DNA from: Podarcis tiliguerta
Lineage: Eukaryota
DNA: 64,000 nucleotides
Strand: one strand, 5' to 3'
NCBI GenBank assembly: GCA_965153285.1
Contig: OZ229115.1
Shown: positions 14,932 to 28,192 of the stretch, one piece after another
Layout of the letters: each line of letters starts with the position of its first letter
How positions within the stretch are numbered: the first letter of the stretch is position 1
The notes under the pieces: model-generated
What the model was told of the DNA's origin: nothing
The model's input: only the letters and a program-made list of their open reading frames with translations
Databases searched by the model: none
Position numbers and translations under genes: made by a program

Positions 14932-15360
14932 CTAAAAACACAGCACATGTGGGGAAAATAATCAAAGTGATGGATTAGGGTAGGAGAGGAGTCAGCTTGG
15001 AGAACTCCAGAATGGAGTGACCGATGGCACACATGCAATTACACCTAGTTACTCTTGGTTGCAACTTAAAGCATCCTATAGCCGTCTTATCAGTGCATTG
15101 GTCATCTTCCCTTACAGCACAATCCTATACAAGTCTAGTCAGGAGCAAGTCCCATTGAGTTTAATGACACTTACTACCAGGGAAGTGGGTGTAGGATTGC
15201 AACCTCCTGTTCTTTTAAATAAACAACACACGTGTGTGATAGCGCTATTCTTATGAGGTTAGTCCTATCTCAGTTCAGGTCCAGACCTGCTCATACTGTG
15301 AGGAGCAAGGCAGCCCCTATCTTGGCCAACTGGCCATTTCAACGTTAAAATGTTTGGGTA

Positions 15361-15609
15361 CCAGGCAGAGGGCCTTCTCGGTAGTGGCACCAGCCCTGTG
15401 GAACGCCCTCCCACCAGATGTCAAAGAGAAAAATAACTAGCAAACTTTGAGAAGACATCTGAAGGCAGCCCTGTTTAGGGAAGCTTTTAATGTTTAATAG
15501 GTTATTGTATTTTAGTGTTCTGTTGGAAGCCGCCCAGAGCGGCTGGGGAAACCCAGCCAGATGGGCGGGGCATAAATAATAGATTATTATTATTATCTTA
15601 TTATTATTA
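15361..15609 (+). mobile_element. L2-clade LINE 3' end with (ATT)n tail
   Basis: Encodes QRAFSVVAPALWNALP, followed by a 3' UTR and ATT tail; TGGGTA on both flanks. Confidence 0.8.
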
Positions 15610-15626
15610 TGGGTAAGGTAGCATTA

Positions 15627-15845
<219 letters not shown>

Positions 15846-15960
15846 TTAAATGATTATTGCACTTTAAAATTAATTATCATCAGTGTTGACTAATCCTTTC
15901 AATACAAAATGAACCAGCTTCCAAGCAAACGTGTGAGTAAATCAACACTATCTACCAAAA

Positions 15961-16575
15961 CAGGAGAAGGAAACCTTTTTCAACTGGAGGGCCACATTCC
16001 TTCATAAACACCCTTCTAGGGGCCACACACCAGGGGTGGACCAGGGGCCTGAGAAAAAAGGGAGCCGGGCAACAGATGTAACATTTCCCTTTGTACGTTA
16101 GGCTACATTTCAGTCACATGCACACAAAATGTGGAGGAGAGACACTGGTTTTACACATACACACCTCCATCCAAATACAGTGGTACCTCAGGTTACATAC
16201 GCTTCAGGTTACATACGCTTCAGGTTACAGACTCCGCTAACCCAGAAATATTACCTCAGGTTAAGAACTTTGCTTTAGGATGAGAACAGAAATCGTGCTC
16301 CGGCAGCGCGGCGGCAGCAGGAGACCCTATTAGCTAAAGTGGTGCTTCAGGTTTCAGGTTAAGAACGGACCTCCGGAACGAATTAAGTACTTAACCTGAG
16401 GTACCACTGTAGTAAAAGGAACCATCAAAATGCAAGGACACGCAAAGAAGTGCAGAGTACGGGCAGTGAGAGCCAGGGTCCTGAACGGGGCATCACCTGG
16501 AAGGAGCCTTGAGGGCCAAATGTACAGGTTTGAAGAGCTATATTTGGCCCTCGAGTCTGAGGTTCCCCACCTTTG
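15961..16575. mobile_element. Older hAT-type element interrupted by a MITE
   Basis: CAGGAGAAGGAAACC...GAGGGCCACATT start and TTTGGCCCTCG...GGTTCCCCACCTTTG end, as in the 7707 family. Confidence 0.55.
16178..16409. mobile_element. Tc1/pogo-type MITE, 232 bp
   Basis: TA|CAGTGGTACCTCAGGTTA ... TAACCTGAGGTACCACTG|TA perfect TIRs. Confidence 0.9.
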
Positions 16576-16996
16576 TTCTATAATACCTCATTAACATTAT
16601 CAGGATAGTTTACTATTCATAAATTCTAGACTAGCTCAGTATCAAGGAATGTCGCATCGCTGACTCCAGAGGGCTCCACTGCAGAGGGCCCAGTACAACC
16701 AATGTTTCCCCTGCTCTGTCAGAGTAAAGGACTGCTGGCATGGGGCAGCTTTCATGAAAAGCGGACTGAATCACTGCTCCTATACAGGACTCAGTTGGAG
16801 GCTGACTGCTGCTGAAGCAACACCCAAGCTCTGCCTCCTTCTGGCATTCAGCCTGAGCCTGCACAAGGCAGATTTGCTGTGCTTGGCCTGGCTTGTCACT
16901 GCGGAGGTCAATGCTTGCAGGAGGACTGCGGCTGCTCTCCCTGTCCATCACACAGAGCCGCCTTAGCACAGTGCATGAAGGGGGCCTCCCATTTCA

Positions 16997-17173
<177 letters not shown>

Positions 17174-18113
17174 TCACAAGAAAGAGGACGGAACATGAAA
17201 CAAGAGTCAGCCCTTTTTAAAAACAAAGCCCGTTATAATTTAATACACAAATAAAGCTAATTATTTAGGCAGCTTCCTATATCTCACACAGAATTTGCAG
17301 TATCCACAAATTCTACTTCTAATCTTTCTTTTGGGGGAAGCTAAGGCAGTTAAACTTTATACAAAGTGGTATATATTTCTAGCGTTCAGGACTTCTTTTT
17401 CAAGTCGGAACTTGCTGGAACTCAGTTCTGGCACTTCTCCAGTGGGACGTCACTGTCATTCTAAAAGAACGAGGGAAGCATTCATGGTAAGTTCTGGCAC
17501 CTCGTTTTCCTAGAAAAATAGCACTGGTAGCATTGAATCATCCTAAGTTTGCTTTCTTGCCTATCCTTGGCTAACTAGAGAATTGTGAATCATAGAGAAA
17601 TATGAATCCATCAGTTGTTCCTTCAACAAAGCAGAGAAAGACCCTTCCAAACAAACAAGGAGGAGATGGTACTAACTCAATGGCTCTCAAGAATGTTCAG
17701 TGGGTACAATCCCAAGCAAGGATTGTATGCTGAGCAAAGCAGGGCAAAGACTCCAGAAGCTCGAAAACAGGAATTTAGTTTCCCTTTCTGATGGGAATTT
17801 GGTTTGGTGAGACTTAAAGGGTGAGAAACACGAAGGAAACATTATTAGAAGATCCACTTTTAACTGAGTAATGGTTGTGTGGTTCTGAATTCAGCGGCAA
17901 CCATTTTGTGTGAGGGTGCTGTTCCTGACCCCTGCGCATGTTGGCAGAGCATGAATAAGCCTACCTCGCCCTGCCCTATTTTTCGGCCACTTCTAGGCTG
18001 GCAGCCTAGGTGCATGATCGCGCATCAATCGGACACATATACACTGCTTTCTGCCTGTACTGCTTCACTTCTCTGGAAAACATGTGAGCGTAATTGTCTC
18101 GCAGCTACTATAC

Positions 18114-18296
18114 CTTGTATTCGAAGCAAGAAACACAGAGGTAGAGCAAATCCAGTAAACGATTAAGCTGCAGCACAGAAAGGTCCGTGAACCATTTTTG
18201 TAGGACACTTTCATCAGCGTTCTTCAGGACCCACAAGAGGCAGATCAGAAGGTTCCGACTTGACTCGGCTGAAAATGTTGAATGCTGCCTATTTGT
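18114..18296 (-). CDS. DOCK7: DOCK7 exon, 183 nt, [28 protein letters not shown]...CVSCFEYK
   Basis: ttcag| ... |gtata, phase 0-0. Confidence 0.95.
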
Positions 18297-19183
18297 CTGA
18301 AAACACAGGAAGAACCAGTTAGAATCAGGACCACTTCTTCTGTTTGGAATATTACTCAACCAGCTACTCTTCTGTTCTTCTGGAAGGAGTCTGGTTGAAT
18401 TTATTTTAATTATTAATTATTATTATTAGTAGTAGTATGCTTTATTCTGCTTTAAATATTCTATGGGACAGCAGAATTATATAAATAATAACATTATTGT
18501 AATTATTACACTGGTTTTAAGTACTGGCATAGCCATGAAGTGGATCACTGTGAATCACTTCAGTTCTATCATCTATCTTTCTATTTATCTATCTATCATC
18601 TGCTTTCTTGAGAAATATATTTAAAAATGGAATAGAAATCCATTTAAAATTAATTAATTAGTTAGTTTAGTTAGTTTGCTATGTTTTAACCATTGCTTCA
18701 CACTGCTATCCTGAAGTGATTTGCAATAATGAAATATAAAACACACAATGTGTTTTTTAAAATATATATATATATATAAAATGCTAAGCCATCTAAAGGA
18801 GCACACTATATCCACACAGGATAGACATCAGTAGGCACCAAAATACTCAAACTGATTGAACGAACAGATCTAATGCAAGTCCTCTGAATTTTAACTAAAA
18901 ATACATTCCCCCCCCCAATGTGTTTCACAATGGAGAAGCAAGGTTTTAAATCTTGATGTGCAGCCAAAGAGTTTATTATTACACCATTATCTCCCAGGAA
19001 CAGAGATAATTTTGCAGCGCAATCTATCCGTCACCTCCTCCCACCCACCCTCTATGTTCCAAGAGAGAGTAGTGCCATCTGTTCTGTGATCAGGACTGCC
19101 ACCCACTCTTGCTGCCTTGCAAACATGGGACATGCACATTTGTCTGTTCACAGGCGTTCTAGAGGAAAAACACTTCTCTGTAC

Positions 19184-19338
19184 CGATGACGTTAGGAGAA
19201 AACTGCTGGGACGGGTGAGTTGAGGGACGGAGGTTCCTGCAATAGCCATGGCAACTGTCTGGCTAATCATGCTCCCACCCTCGCTCTCATAGTCCTCCAC
19301 TGCTGTGCAGCTTGGCCGTCCGCGCTGGTTGTGGTTTT
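19184..19338 (-). CDS. DOCK7: DOCK7 exon, 155 nt, [11 protein letters not shown]...[30 protein letters not shown]
   Basis: tacag| ... |gtacag, phase 1-0. Confidence 0.93.
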
Positions 19339-20534
19339 CTGTAGAGAAACAAGCCAGTCCCAATGAAGCACCACTGCAACAAGGTTATCCCACTCAGCTA
19401 CCACCCTCCCAAATTTTCCCTTAAGTATTGTTTAACTTGGAGACTAAGCAGTAATAATGCCTTTCACACTGGACTGCAAGCGAGCAAGTAAAGCTATGTT
19501 CAAGGTACACTCATAAATTATCTGGATGAAAGTGTAGCATTGCCTCTTTCCCTGGGTTTAGAATACCAACCATGCAAACAGTTTGCCAATAGAAACATAT
19601 GAACCTGCCTCATTCTATGCAGTCCAGCACTGTAGGTTTGTTGTCAGGAGTTGGTATCGTCAGGCAGCTGCCAAGGCTCACATTCTAGCTGGTGCCCCAC
19701 TGTGACCCCTAGAGATCCCTAGTTCTCCTCTTCCTCGTTGCTGTTGCCTGTTCCCCTGGCCTCCTCAGGCATGCCAACAGTAACAAGAACAAGGAGAAGG
19801 AAAAGTGTAGTCCTGGGCTATGGTACAAACTGGGCCCAGAGATCTAAGGCAACTGGACAGGGAATGGACACAGTGGCAGAAAAGTGGACTTCTTGCTCAA
19901 GGACCTTTGAAAATCTGGGACCAACACTGACTCCATACAGACAATTTATAAGGTTAGATGTGCTTAGCTTAAACAGCAGAACTGTATCTTACACTCTCAG
20001 CCTGTTAAAATACTGATGTACAGACAAACCCAACACTTCAGTCAGTGAGCCCAATCAATTATCATCTTGTATGAGGCTCACTATCCACTAAATATCTTTT
20101 TCAGCAAGGCTTTGAGGGGATCTGATTAATTGGCCCAGATCTGACTGCATCTGCCATTAAAGCTCAATTGTTGTGGGTTTTATTTTTGTTGTGCTTTATT
20201 TATTGATATGATTGTATTCCAACTTGACATTACATTTTGATGAAAAGGGCTGTGTGTGTTAGAAACCTTTTAAATAAAACAAGAACGAACTCAACAGCGA
20301 TAGCAACAGGTCAGTGGAGAAGACATTGGCACACATCCTATTCTGTGTAGCTTTGGGACTACATGCAAAATTTGATTGCTGATCCAAACTCCTGAAGATT
20401 TAAGCACTCATTTCCTGGATGTCACTTAGGAATCCCTTGGTTGGTTTGTTTGTTTTTAAGTTACTTGTTCAAGTGAAAGACAGCACTCAGGCAGAAGCAC
20501 AACATGTCTGGCAGTTAATCTGCCATTTTTCTTA

Positions 20535-20765
<231 letters not shown>

Positions 20766-21868
20766 TTAGTTAATAGTTTTAGAGCAGATAAGACTTGGTA
20801 AACACACACCTACACCAACACGCTCACCGATACCGCATTTGTCTGTGTGTGCAGTGTGTCTTACAGTTGCACACCTGTATCAAAAGATGCCAGCGTTTTG
20901 TCACCTGCGGTAAAGTGGTAAATGAATCACGGTCATGGAGATGGCAATTTCACGGCCCCTGGTTTAACCACTGAAACAGGATTTGTTGATATGCAAAACC
21001 TTTAACATTAGCCTAGTGGCCCTCAAATGTGTATTTAGCTCCCACCACCTTTGCAGCAGCTGAAGCTGTGAACCAGTTTTACAGGTGCTTCTCTCCTGTC
21101 TCCACACAGATCAATGGATCAAATGCTTTTCAGTCACCCGCATAGTGAAAGTAATGGGTCAATAAGCAGAAGGACAACCAATGGTGGTTCCCCCAAAGCC
21201 CAGTCAATGGGAGCAGGGGCTGCTTATCAATGCTCCTACTGTTCCTTTTTTTCTTTTTCTCCTGCCGGTTACACTTGGTTGCTATGGCTCCCTTAACACT
21301 TCCTGCCTCTTTGCTCCATTTGGTAAATTTCTTATCAGACTTCTGCATCTTTGCCTTAGTTGCTGCATCCTGAGTCCCTGGTGGCCACCACAACTTGTTT
21401 TTATCCGGAAGTGTGGCTTGCAACCTAAATATCCACGTGCTAGAGACTACACACATGCAAAGAGGTGCTTTTATTAAAAGGCACCACAACAGGCTGCCTG
21501 GGGAATCGGAAACCACGTTAAAAACACAGACCTCCTATTTGCCAGATGGGGTTATCTATAACATAAATGTAAGCCAATTACAGAGTTGCAAATCTGCTGG
21601 CAGATTTGAGGGCAGGGACCACACACCCCTGTGTAGCTGGGGTTAACGGTGTCCAGGTCTATGGCAATTAGTGTCAGGTCTATGGCAATCAAATCTTAAT
21701 ACTACCACATTTTGGCTGTGATCCAGAGCTCCATGCATCAATAGGGTTCTCATTGACTCTATGGGTTGTAACCTGCTAAAATTAATAAACCTAAATTAGC
21801 CATGCCCATCAGCTTCAGTGGGTCTATGCTCAGTAGAACTAGCACTGAATTCAATCTTGTGGTAGATG

Positions 21869-22036
21869 CAGTGGCGTAGCGTGGGGGGTGCGGGGGGGCC
21901 GGCCGCACCGGGCGCAACATCTGGGGGGGGAGGCACGCTCGCACTCGCAGCTCTCTGCCCCTACTAAAATCCACGGGTTAGGGGGTGCAAATTACTTGCC
22001 TTGCCCCGGGTGCTGACAACCCACACTACGCCACTG
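21869..22036. mobile_element. hAT MITE, GC-rich, 168 bp
   Basis: TIR CAGTGGCGTAG / CTACGCCACTG; perfect 8-bp TSD GGTAGATG. Confidence 0.92.
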
Positions 22037-22323
22037 GGTAGATGAAACACCATGAAAGTGACTATGTTTATGGAGAAGCCCACGCTCTCACCCTGTATAT
22101 ACATGGCTGCCTCATAATACTGATATAAAAAGGTTGCTCTGGTAGGGAAGATCTTTGGATAGCAATCAAAGCAGAGGTGCTGAGCTTGAGAGTGGCTGGG
22201 ACTTGAGGAAGAACCTGTTTCCTTTCTTTCCCCTCTAATATCACATTTGAACGCAGCCCTGCTTGTGAAACATTAGATCTCCTTTGAATTATTCCATCCT
22301 GCCCAGAATAATTGTAAAACTCA

Positions 22324-22467
<144 letters not shown>

Positions 22468-22490
22468 TTATGGAAACAAACACCAACCTT

Positions 22491-22819
22491 TGTTAAGTTT
22501 TACTGTATGTACTTCAGACTGCAACGTGTCGACTGCATTGTCCTCCAGACAGGTTACATTTTACGAACAGACCATTTGGTAATCCTATAAATGTGGCTGG
22601 AGCAACCGGAAACAAGAGTATTGTATAACATACTTAAGACTTTTATTTACAGAACTCCGAAAGACTCCACACACACTCTGCTCTCACAAAGACTGCTCTC
22701 TATTTTTCTGTATTTCCAGTAAGTGAAGCCAGAAGTTTCCCAATTCATGAGTTACACCTCTGAATATAGAATCACATCCCTAGGATAAAGTTTTTTCCAT
22801 ACTCCTCCTCCTCCTAACA
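22491..22819 (-). mobile_element. Solo LTR, 329 bp
   Basis: TGTTA...TAACA termini, 4-bp TSD CCTT (22487-22490 and 22820-22823), AATAAA on the minus strand at 22642-22647. Confidence 0.7.
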
Positions 22820-23218
22820 CCTTAAATACAAAGTCAAGCAGCATGAAATATACAAGCAGTATACACAGTTACAAATAGCTTAAATTATCTTCAGTACATA
22901 TAGTATACCTGTTGTGAGTTACATTTTACTGTTCCAATAATGTGTGGTATTAAAATGTGCAATATAGATTTGCTTTCTGTTCACCTTATTTAATTTGTAT
23001 GCAACAGGTAAGCTTGGTCATGAATTGCACGGGGTTCACAGTCTTTCAAAAATTGGAATTATCTAAGCTCTACAGCATTTTGCATAGAGTATGCATGCTG
23101 CAACAACCACATGAGACAAATTACCTTTATTTTCATATATATATATATAGAGAGAGAGAGAGTTAAATATATAGATAGATAAAACTATATATATAGTTTT
23201 AACTATATATAATATATA

Positions 23219-23935
23219 CAGTGGTGCCCCGCAAGACGAATGCCTTGCAAGACGGAAAACCCACTAGACGAAAGGGTTTTCCGTTTTTCAATGCGCTTCG
23301 CAGGACGAATTTCTCTATGGGCTTGCTTCACAAGACGAAAATGTCTTGCGATTCTTGCGATTTTTTTTCCACTCCCCACCCCCTTTTTCTAAAGCACTAA
23401 GCTGCTAATAGCATTTTAGCAGCTAATCCGCTAATCCCTTAAGCCTTTAAAGGTAAAGGTACCCCTGCCCGTACGGGCCAGTCTTGCCAGACTCTAGGGT
23501 TGTGTGCTCATCTCACTCTAGAGGCCGGGAGCCAGCGCTGCCTGCAGACACTTCCGGGTCAAGTGGCCAGCGTGACATCGCTGCTCTGGCGAGCCAGAGC
23601 CGCACACGGAAACGCCGTTTACCTTCCCGCTAGTAAGTGGTCCCTATTTATCTACTTGCACCTGAGAGTGCTTTCGAACTGCTAGGTTGGCAGGCGCTGG
23701 GACCGAACAGCGGGAGCGCACCCCGCCGCGGGGATTCGAACCGCCGACCTTACGATCGGCAAGCCCTAGGCGCTGAGGCTTTAACCCACAGCGCCACCCG
23801 CGTCCCTTAAGCCTTTAATAGCCGCTAAACCGCTAATAGCGCTAATCCGCTAATAGGGCTGCTTCGCAAGACGAAAAAACCGCTAGACGAAGAGACTCGC
23901 AGAACGGATTCTTTTCGTCTTGCGAGGCACCACTG
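23219..23935. mobile_element. Second copy of the 13514 Tc1/pogo MITE, interrupted by a Sauria SINE
   Basis: Same TIRs and TA flanks; near-identical to 13514-13853 outside the insertion. Confidence 0.9.
23451..23806 (-). mobile_element. Sauria SINE, full length
   Basis: 5' GGGACGCGGGTGGCGCTGTGGG, B-box GGTTCGAATCC, (ACCTTT)n tail; TSD TTAAGCCTTTAA. Confidence 0.92.
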
Positions 23936-24203
23936 TATATAGTTTTTAAGTGCAATAAGAGTAAATCTGTCTTCTTCTTCTTACCCAATAGTTGATCACA
24001 ACTATGGAAAAAGGTGACTGGCTCTTAATTATCGTGGTAACCTGACCTTAGGATGCTTGGTGAGTGCTGTACCATCTAGTCCTCTGCCAGTCAACCTGGC
24101 TGGCTTTATCCAGTAAAGACAGAGATGCTATGTGCAAAAATGGTGTTTTCCTTTCCCCAGGAGACTCTCTGTTCTCCTGGTTGTCCAGCACCCATATAAT
24201 TTA

Positions 24204-24575
<372 letters not shown>

Positions 24576-24630
24576 TTAAAGAGTTACAGGCCACTAGAAG
24601 CCACTTCCGCACGGAAATTACAGCTACAAT

Positions 24631-24960
24631 TAATCCTGCATGCGGCTGCTAGACTGATGACTGGCAGCCACCGCCAGGACCACATAACATGTCCTAAAAG
24701 ACCTACATTGGCTCCCAGTACATTTCCGAGCACAATTAAAAGTGTTGGTGCTGACCTTTAAAGTCTTACACGGTTTCAGCCCTGTATACCTGAAGGAGCA
24801 TCTCCACCCGCATCGTTCAGCCCGGACACTGAGGTCCAGCTCCAAGGGCCTTTTGGTGGTTCCTTCACTGAGAGAAGTGAAGCTACAGGGAACCAGACAG
24901 AAGGCATTTTGGTAGTCACACCACCCACTCTGTAGAATGCCCTCCCATCAGATGGCAAAC
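24631..24960 (+). mobile_element. L2-clade LINE ORF2 C-terminal fragment
   Basis: AAARL...LHWLPVHFRAQLKVLVLTFKVLHG..P.YL motif; 3' part overlaps in sequence with the 15361 copy. Confidence 0.8.
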
Positions 24961-25196
24961 TGGCCGAGTGCCCTGGCCTCCCCTGAAAATGCCATGGAAA
25001 CAGCTTCCAATTGACAACTGAAAGTGAAGCTTCTGTCACTCCACCAGTCATCTGCTCTTACGAATTCTGCTCCAGAGATGAACTTTCCTTCTCCTCCTAC
25101 TCTCCTCCTTTCCCCTTCCCTGCTGCAGTTTCCAAAGATTCTCTGCTTTCACCTCATGCCAACCCATCCCTACCTCTTTTTATCCGGAGACTTTAC

Positions 25197-25310
25197 CTGT
25201 TTGTAGTACACCTTAGTAAGGCTGAAGACAAATCCTCTGTCCATAACAGTGAGTAGATCGTTTAGGAAAAAGGCTAAGCTAGTGTTGAGCCTTTCAATCA
25301 TTTCAGCATC
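25197..25310 (-). CDS. DOCK7: DOCK7 exon, 114 nt, [38 protein letters not shown]
   Basis: tgtag| ... |gtaaa, phase 0-0; missed by the ORF track. Confidence 0.95.
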
Positions 25311-25478
25311 CTACATTGGGGTGGGGCAGAAGGGAATGAAAGGAAAGGAACAGAGATAAACACTGAGGCTTCATGCTAAGGCTCTCATCCAAGAATCTGT
25401 CTTGCGTCATCTGGAAGTTATCGTTCAGAATCAGCGGTTAAAATTTTGACAAGAGCACGGCTGAACTTCTTCCATTAC

Positions 25479-25619
25479 CTTCTGAAACCGGGAGACTATA
25501 TCACTGGCAATTGTGCTGACCAGAGCAGCTATGTCATCCATGAAGCGCTCCGGAAAACGATTCTTCCTTGGAGCATCGAGTTTGTCAGCAAAATACAAAT
25601 GATGCACCATACTTTTTAC
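25479..25619 (-). CDS. DOCK7: DOCK7 exon, 141 nt, [26 protein letters not shown]...IVSRFQK
   Basis: tccag| ... |gtaat, phase 0-0. Confidence 0.95.
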
Positions 25620-25946
25620 CTGGAGGGAACATATATTATAAGTTGCAGTCAGTTGCAAGGGGAGAGGGTGGGGAGGAAAAAATCAGCCTTGGATAGATAG
25701 CACTGTGATTTGATGCCTTTCTTTAACACAAACCAGTCACAGCAATAGCTACAGATCCATCCTGTTTGGTGAGGGGCAGAATTTTCACCTCTAAACATTT
25801 CCTGGTGTTTCAAGTGGGGCAAAATACATCCTGTCCTCTCATATTTCTTTTGTGTGTGTGTGTGCCTGCTCCCAGCCCAAGCTGCTGCTGCTTCTTCTGA
25901 GCTATGCTTTCCCTTTTTATTTCTTCTTAAAATTACACAGTAAGTA

Positions 25947-26131
25947 GGGCCATAGCTCAATGGTACAGCATCTGATTTGCATGCAGAAGGTCCCAGGTTC
26001 AATCCCCAGTATCCCCAGGTAGGGCTTGGTATGTACCCAGTCTGGAATCCTGGAGAACTGCTGCCAGTCAGTGTATGAAATACTGAGCTAGATAGACCAA
26101 AGGTCTGACTCAGTATAGGACAAGCTTCCTA
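25947..26131 (+). mobile_element. tRNA-derived squamate SINE (Squam3-like)
   Basis: GGGCCATAGCTCAATGGTA A-box, GGTTCAATCCC B-box, body ending CAAGCTTCCTA. Confidence 0.8.
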
Positions 26132-26821
26132 CACGGTGAAGTCAAAGCCCCACAGACCCAAATAGAAGACCTGTTCCCTGCTTTGCCACAATGCAAGAGT
26201 GAGCAATGAAACCGTTGCTGGATCCAAATTTTGTGGGGCTCTTGAATAAGAGGCTTTCAGTGGTATCTCCTTCCAGAGTGGTCTCGCTTCTCACCACCAC
26301 CATCACTGCTCCCCATTCACTCCTCCTCTCACTCTGGGCCCAATCTGAACCACTGGCCAGAAGGAAGATGAAGGCTCATGCCCACTTGGGGGAAAACAAG
26401 TGAACATAAACAGATAGTAAATAACAGGGGCTGGGCAATAGGCCAGGAATGTAGTCCTTGGCAGCACCCAACCATGCTGACCATCGTCACCCACAGCACC
26501 TTGAACAAAATGGCTGCAGCACAGAAGGCCAAGTCATGGAGCATTCTCACAGCTGCCTTCGCAATGGGGATGCCCCCACAAACAGTTCTCTACACTCTTC
26601 TGAGCCCCTTCTCATCACTGAGGCGACTCTGCAAAACTGTTTTTGAGAAGCCATCTGCCACCCTCCCCTCCAAGGTCCTGTCTCATCTCTAATTCACACT
26701 ACCTAGCGGAATTATTCAAGGGCATTCCAAGCGTTGCACTAGCACAAGCACCTGAGAAATCAGTGGAATTAAGGTGAAACAGAAGAGAGAGAAAACGAAG
26801 AAGATTTCCTTGTTCTCTTAC

Positions 26822-26917
26822 CATAAGTTCGAAGAAGAACCACGCTTGCTGGAGAGCTGCCTCACGTACACTCCCACTGCAGACAACCCACTGTAAGGCC
26901 AGTTCTTCATGAAAAAG
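26822..26917 (-). CDS. DOCK7: DOCK7 exon, 96 nt, [32 protein letters not shown]
   Basis: gctag| ... |gtaag, phase 0-0. Confidence 0.95.
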
Positions 26918-28061
26918 CTAGCCAGATTCAAATTCACATTCGGTATCAGTTGCATGATAATTTTCAAACACACAGTCCATTAAAAAAGACCACAACAGTA
27001 ACAATGGACACACAGGGTTGGTGTGGACATAATACTAAAGCATTATTAGACTTAAAGGAACAAGACTAGCTTCCCTTAGCTCATATGAGCCCTCTCTCCT
27101 TCCCCAATGCAGAGATACAGAGGAATCTGGAAGCTTTTGATTCTGTTTTTTTATTATTATTATAATTAAGCAAAGCTTGTTGTGTCATTCAAACATGGAT
27201 GAACTGTGGTTAAGTCTTAACTATGGTTGAGAGAAACAAATATGAAGTTGGCTTCTTTTCCCTAACCATAGTTAAGATTAACCAGTTTAAGGTTTGAATG
27301 ACGTATTAAACTGTACTTAATCTAAAAAGTGGAGAAGTGGCGAGTCCAGGGGGAGGCCAAGCTCATTCTCATAAAGCTAAATCATGGTTAAGCATTTATG
27401 TCCGAACACAGTCACAGTGAAGGATGAGAGTAAGCAAAACAATGAGTGTGAAGGGAACAGCAATGGTAAATGTGTTTTGATGAAATACTTGGGGAACAAC
27501 ATCAGACCACAGTGTGTGTACTGTGTGTGAGAAATATTTCACATCACCTTGGTCCAGAATTTTATTATCAGTGGGTTTTTTAAAAAAAAAAATATCACTC
27601 TCTTTCCCTCAAAATGCTTGCTTTAGTTTTAAACACTTTGCCTAGCCTTTTCTTAACAGAATCAAGAAAAAGAGAACCTCTAAGGTACACAGGATGATAC
27701 TTTATCAAAGCAAATTATAATTTGCTCTGTGATTCTGGCAAAGATTATAAACATAAGGCATTAGGCTAAATAAATCATCATGAGCTTCTCTCTTCTGGTT
27801 CGTGAATTGTTGCCTTCCCTATTGTTTTTCTTATCTTGGCACCACAAAGGGGCATAATTGACAGCTAATTATGTAGGGATGTTTTGTTGTTTTGTTTCAT
27901 TTTTAAAAATCAGGCTTTCATAAGGAAGTAGTTCATTCCTAAGCCTGGGGGAGGTGAGAGGGACACTGCTAGAGTGAACATAATCATGCTATCACAGTTG
28001 CTTCTGACAACATGCTCCTCTCTCTCATTTTGATCTTACCAGAGGGGCATAAGACAGAACA

Positions 28062-28192
28062 GGAGAGGTCTTTAAGCAGAGGTTGGCTGACCATTTGACA
28101 TGCATGATTTAGTTGAGATTCCTGCATTGCAGGGAGTTGGACTAGATGACCCTCAGGGTCCCCTTCCAATTCTACAATTCTGTTATTCTATG
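28062..28192 (+). mobile_element. CR1 LINE 3' end
   Basis: TTGGACTAGATGACC...CCCTTCCAA..ATTCTGTTATTCTATG, the CR1 terminal octamer tail. Confidence 0.85.

Noticed and set aside
19640-19890. Possible old solo LTR starting TGTCAGG
   Set aside because: No matching end or TSD could be identified.
21130-21516. Lys-rich 128-aa minus-strand ORF as an alternative DOCK7 exon
   Set aside because: Weak acceptor, no donor, and the Lys run comes from a T-rich tract; better read as regulatory or neutral DNA.
25947-26020. tRNA-Ala-like gene
   Set aside because: Stems are degenerate and it continues into a SINE body found elsewhere in the window.
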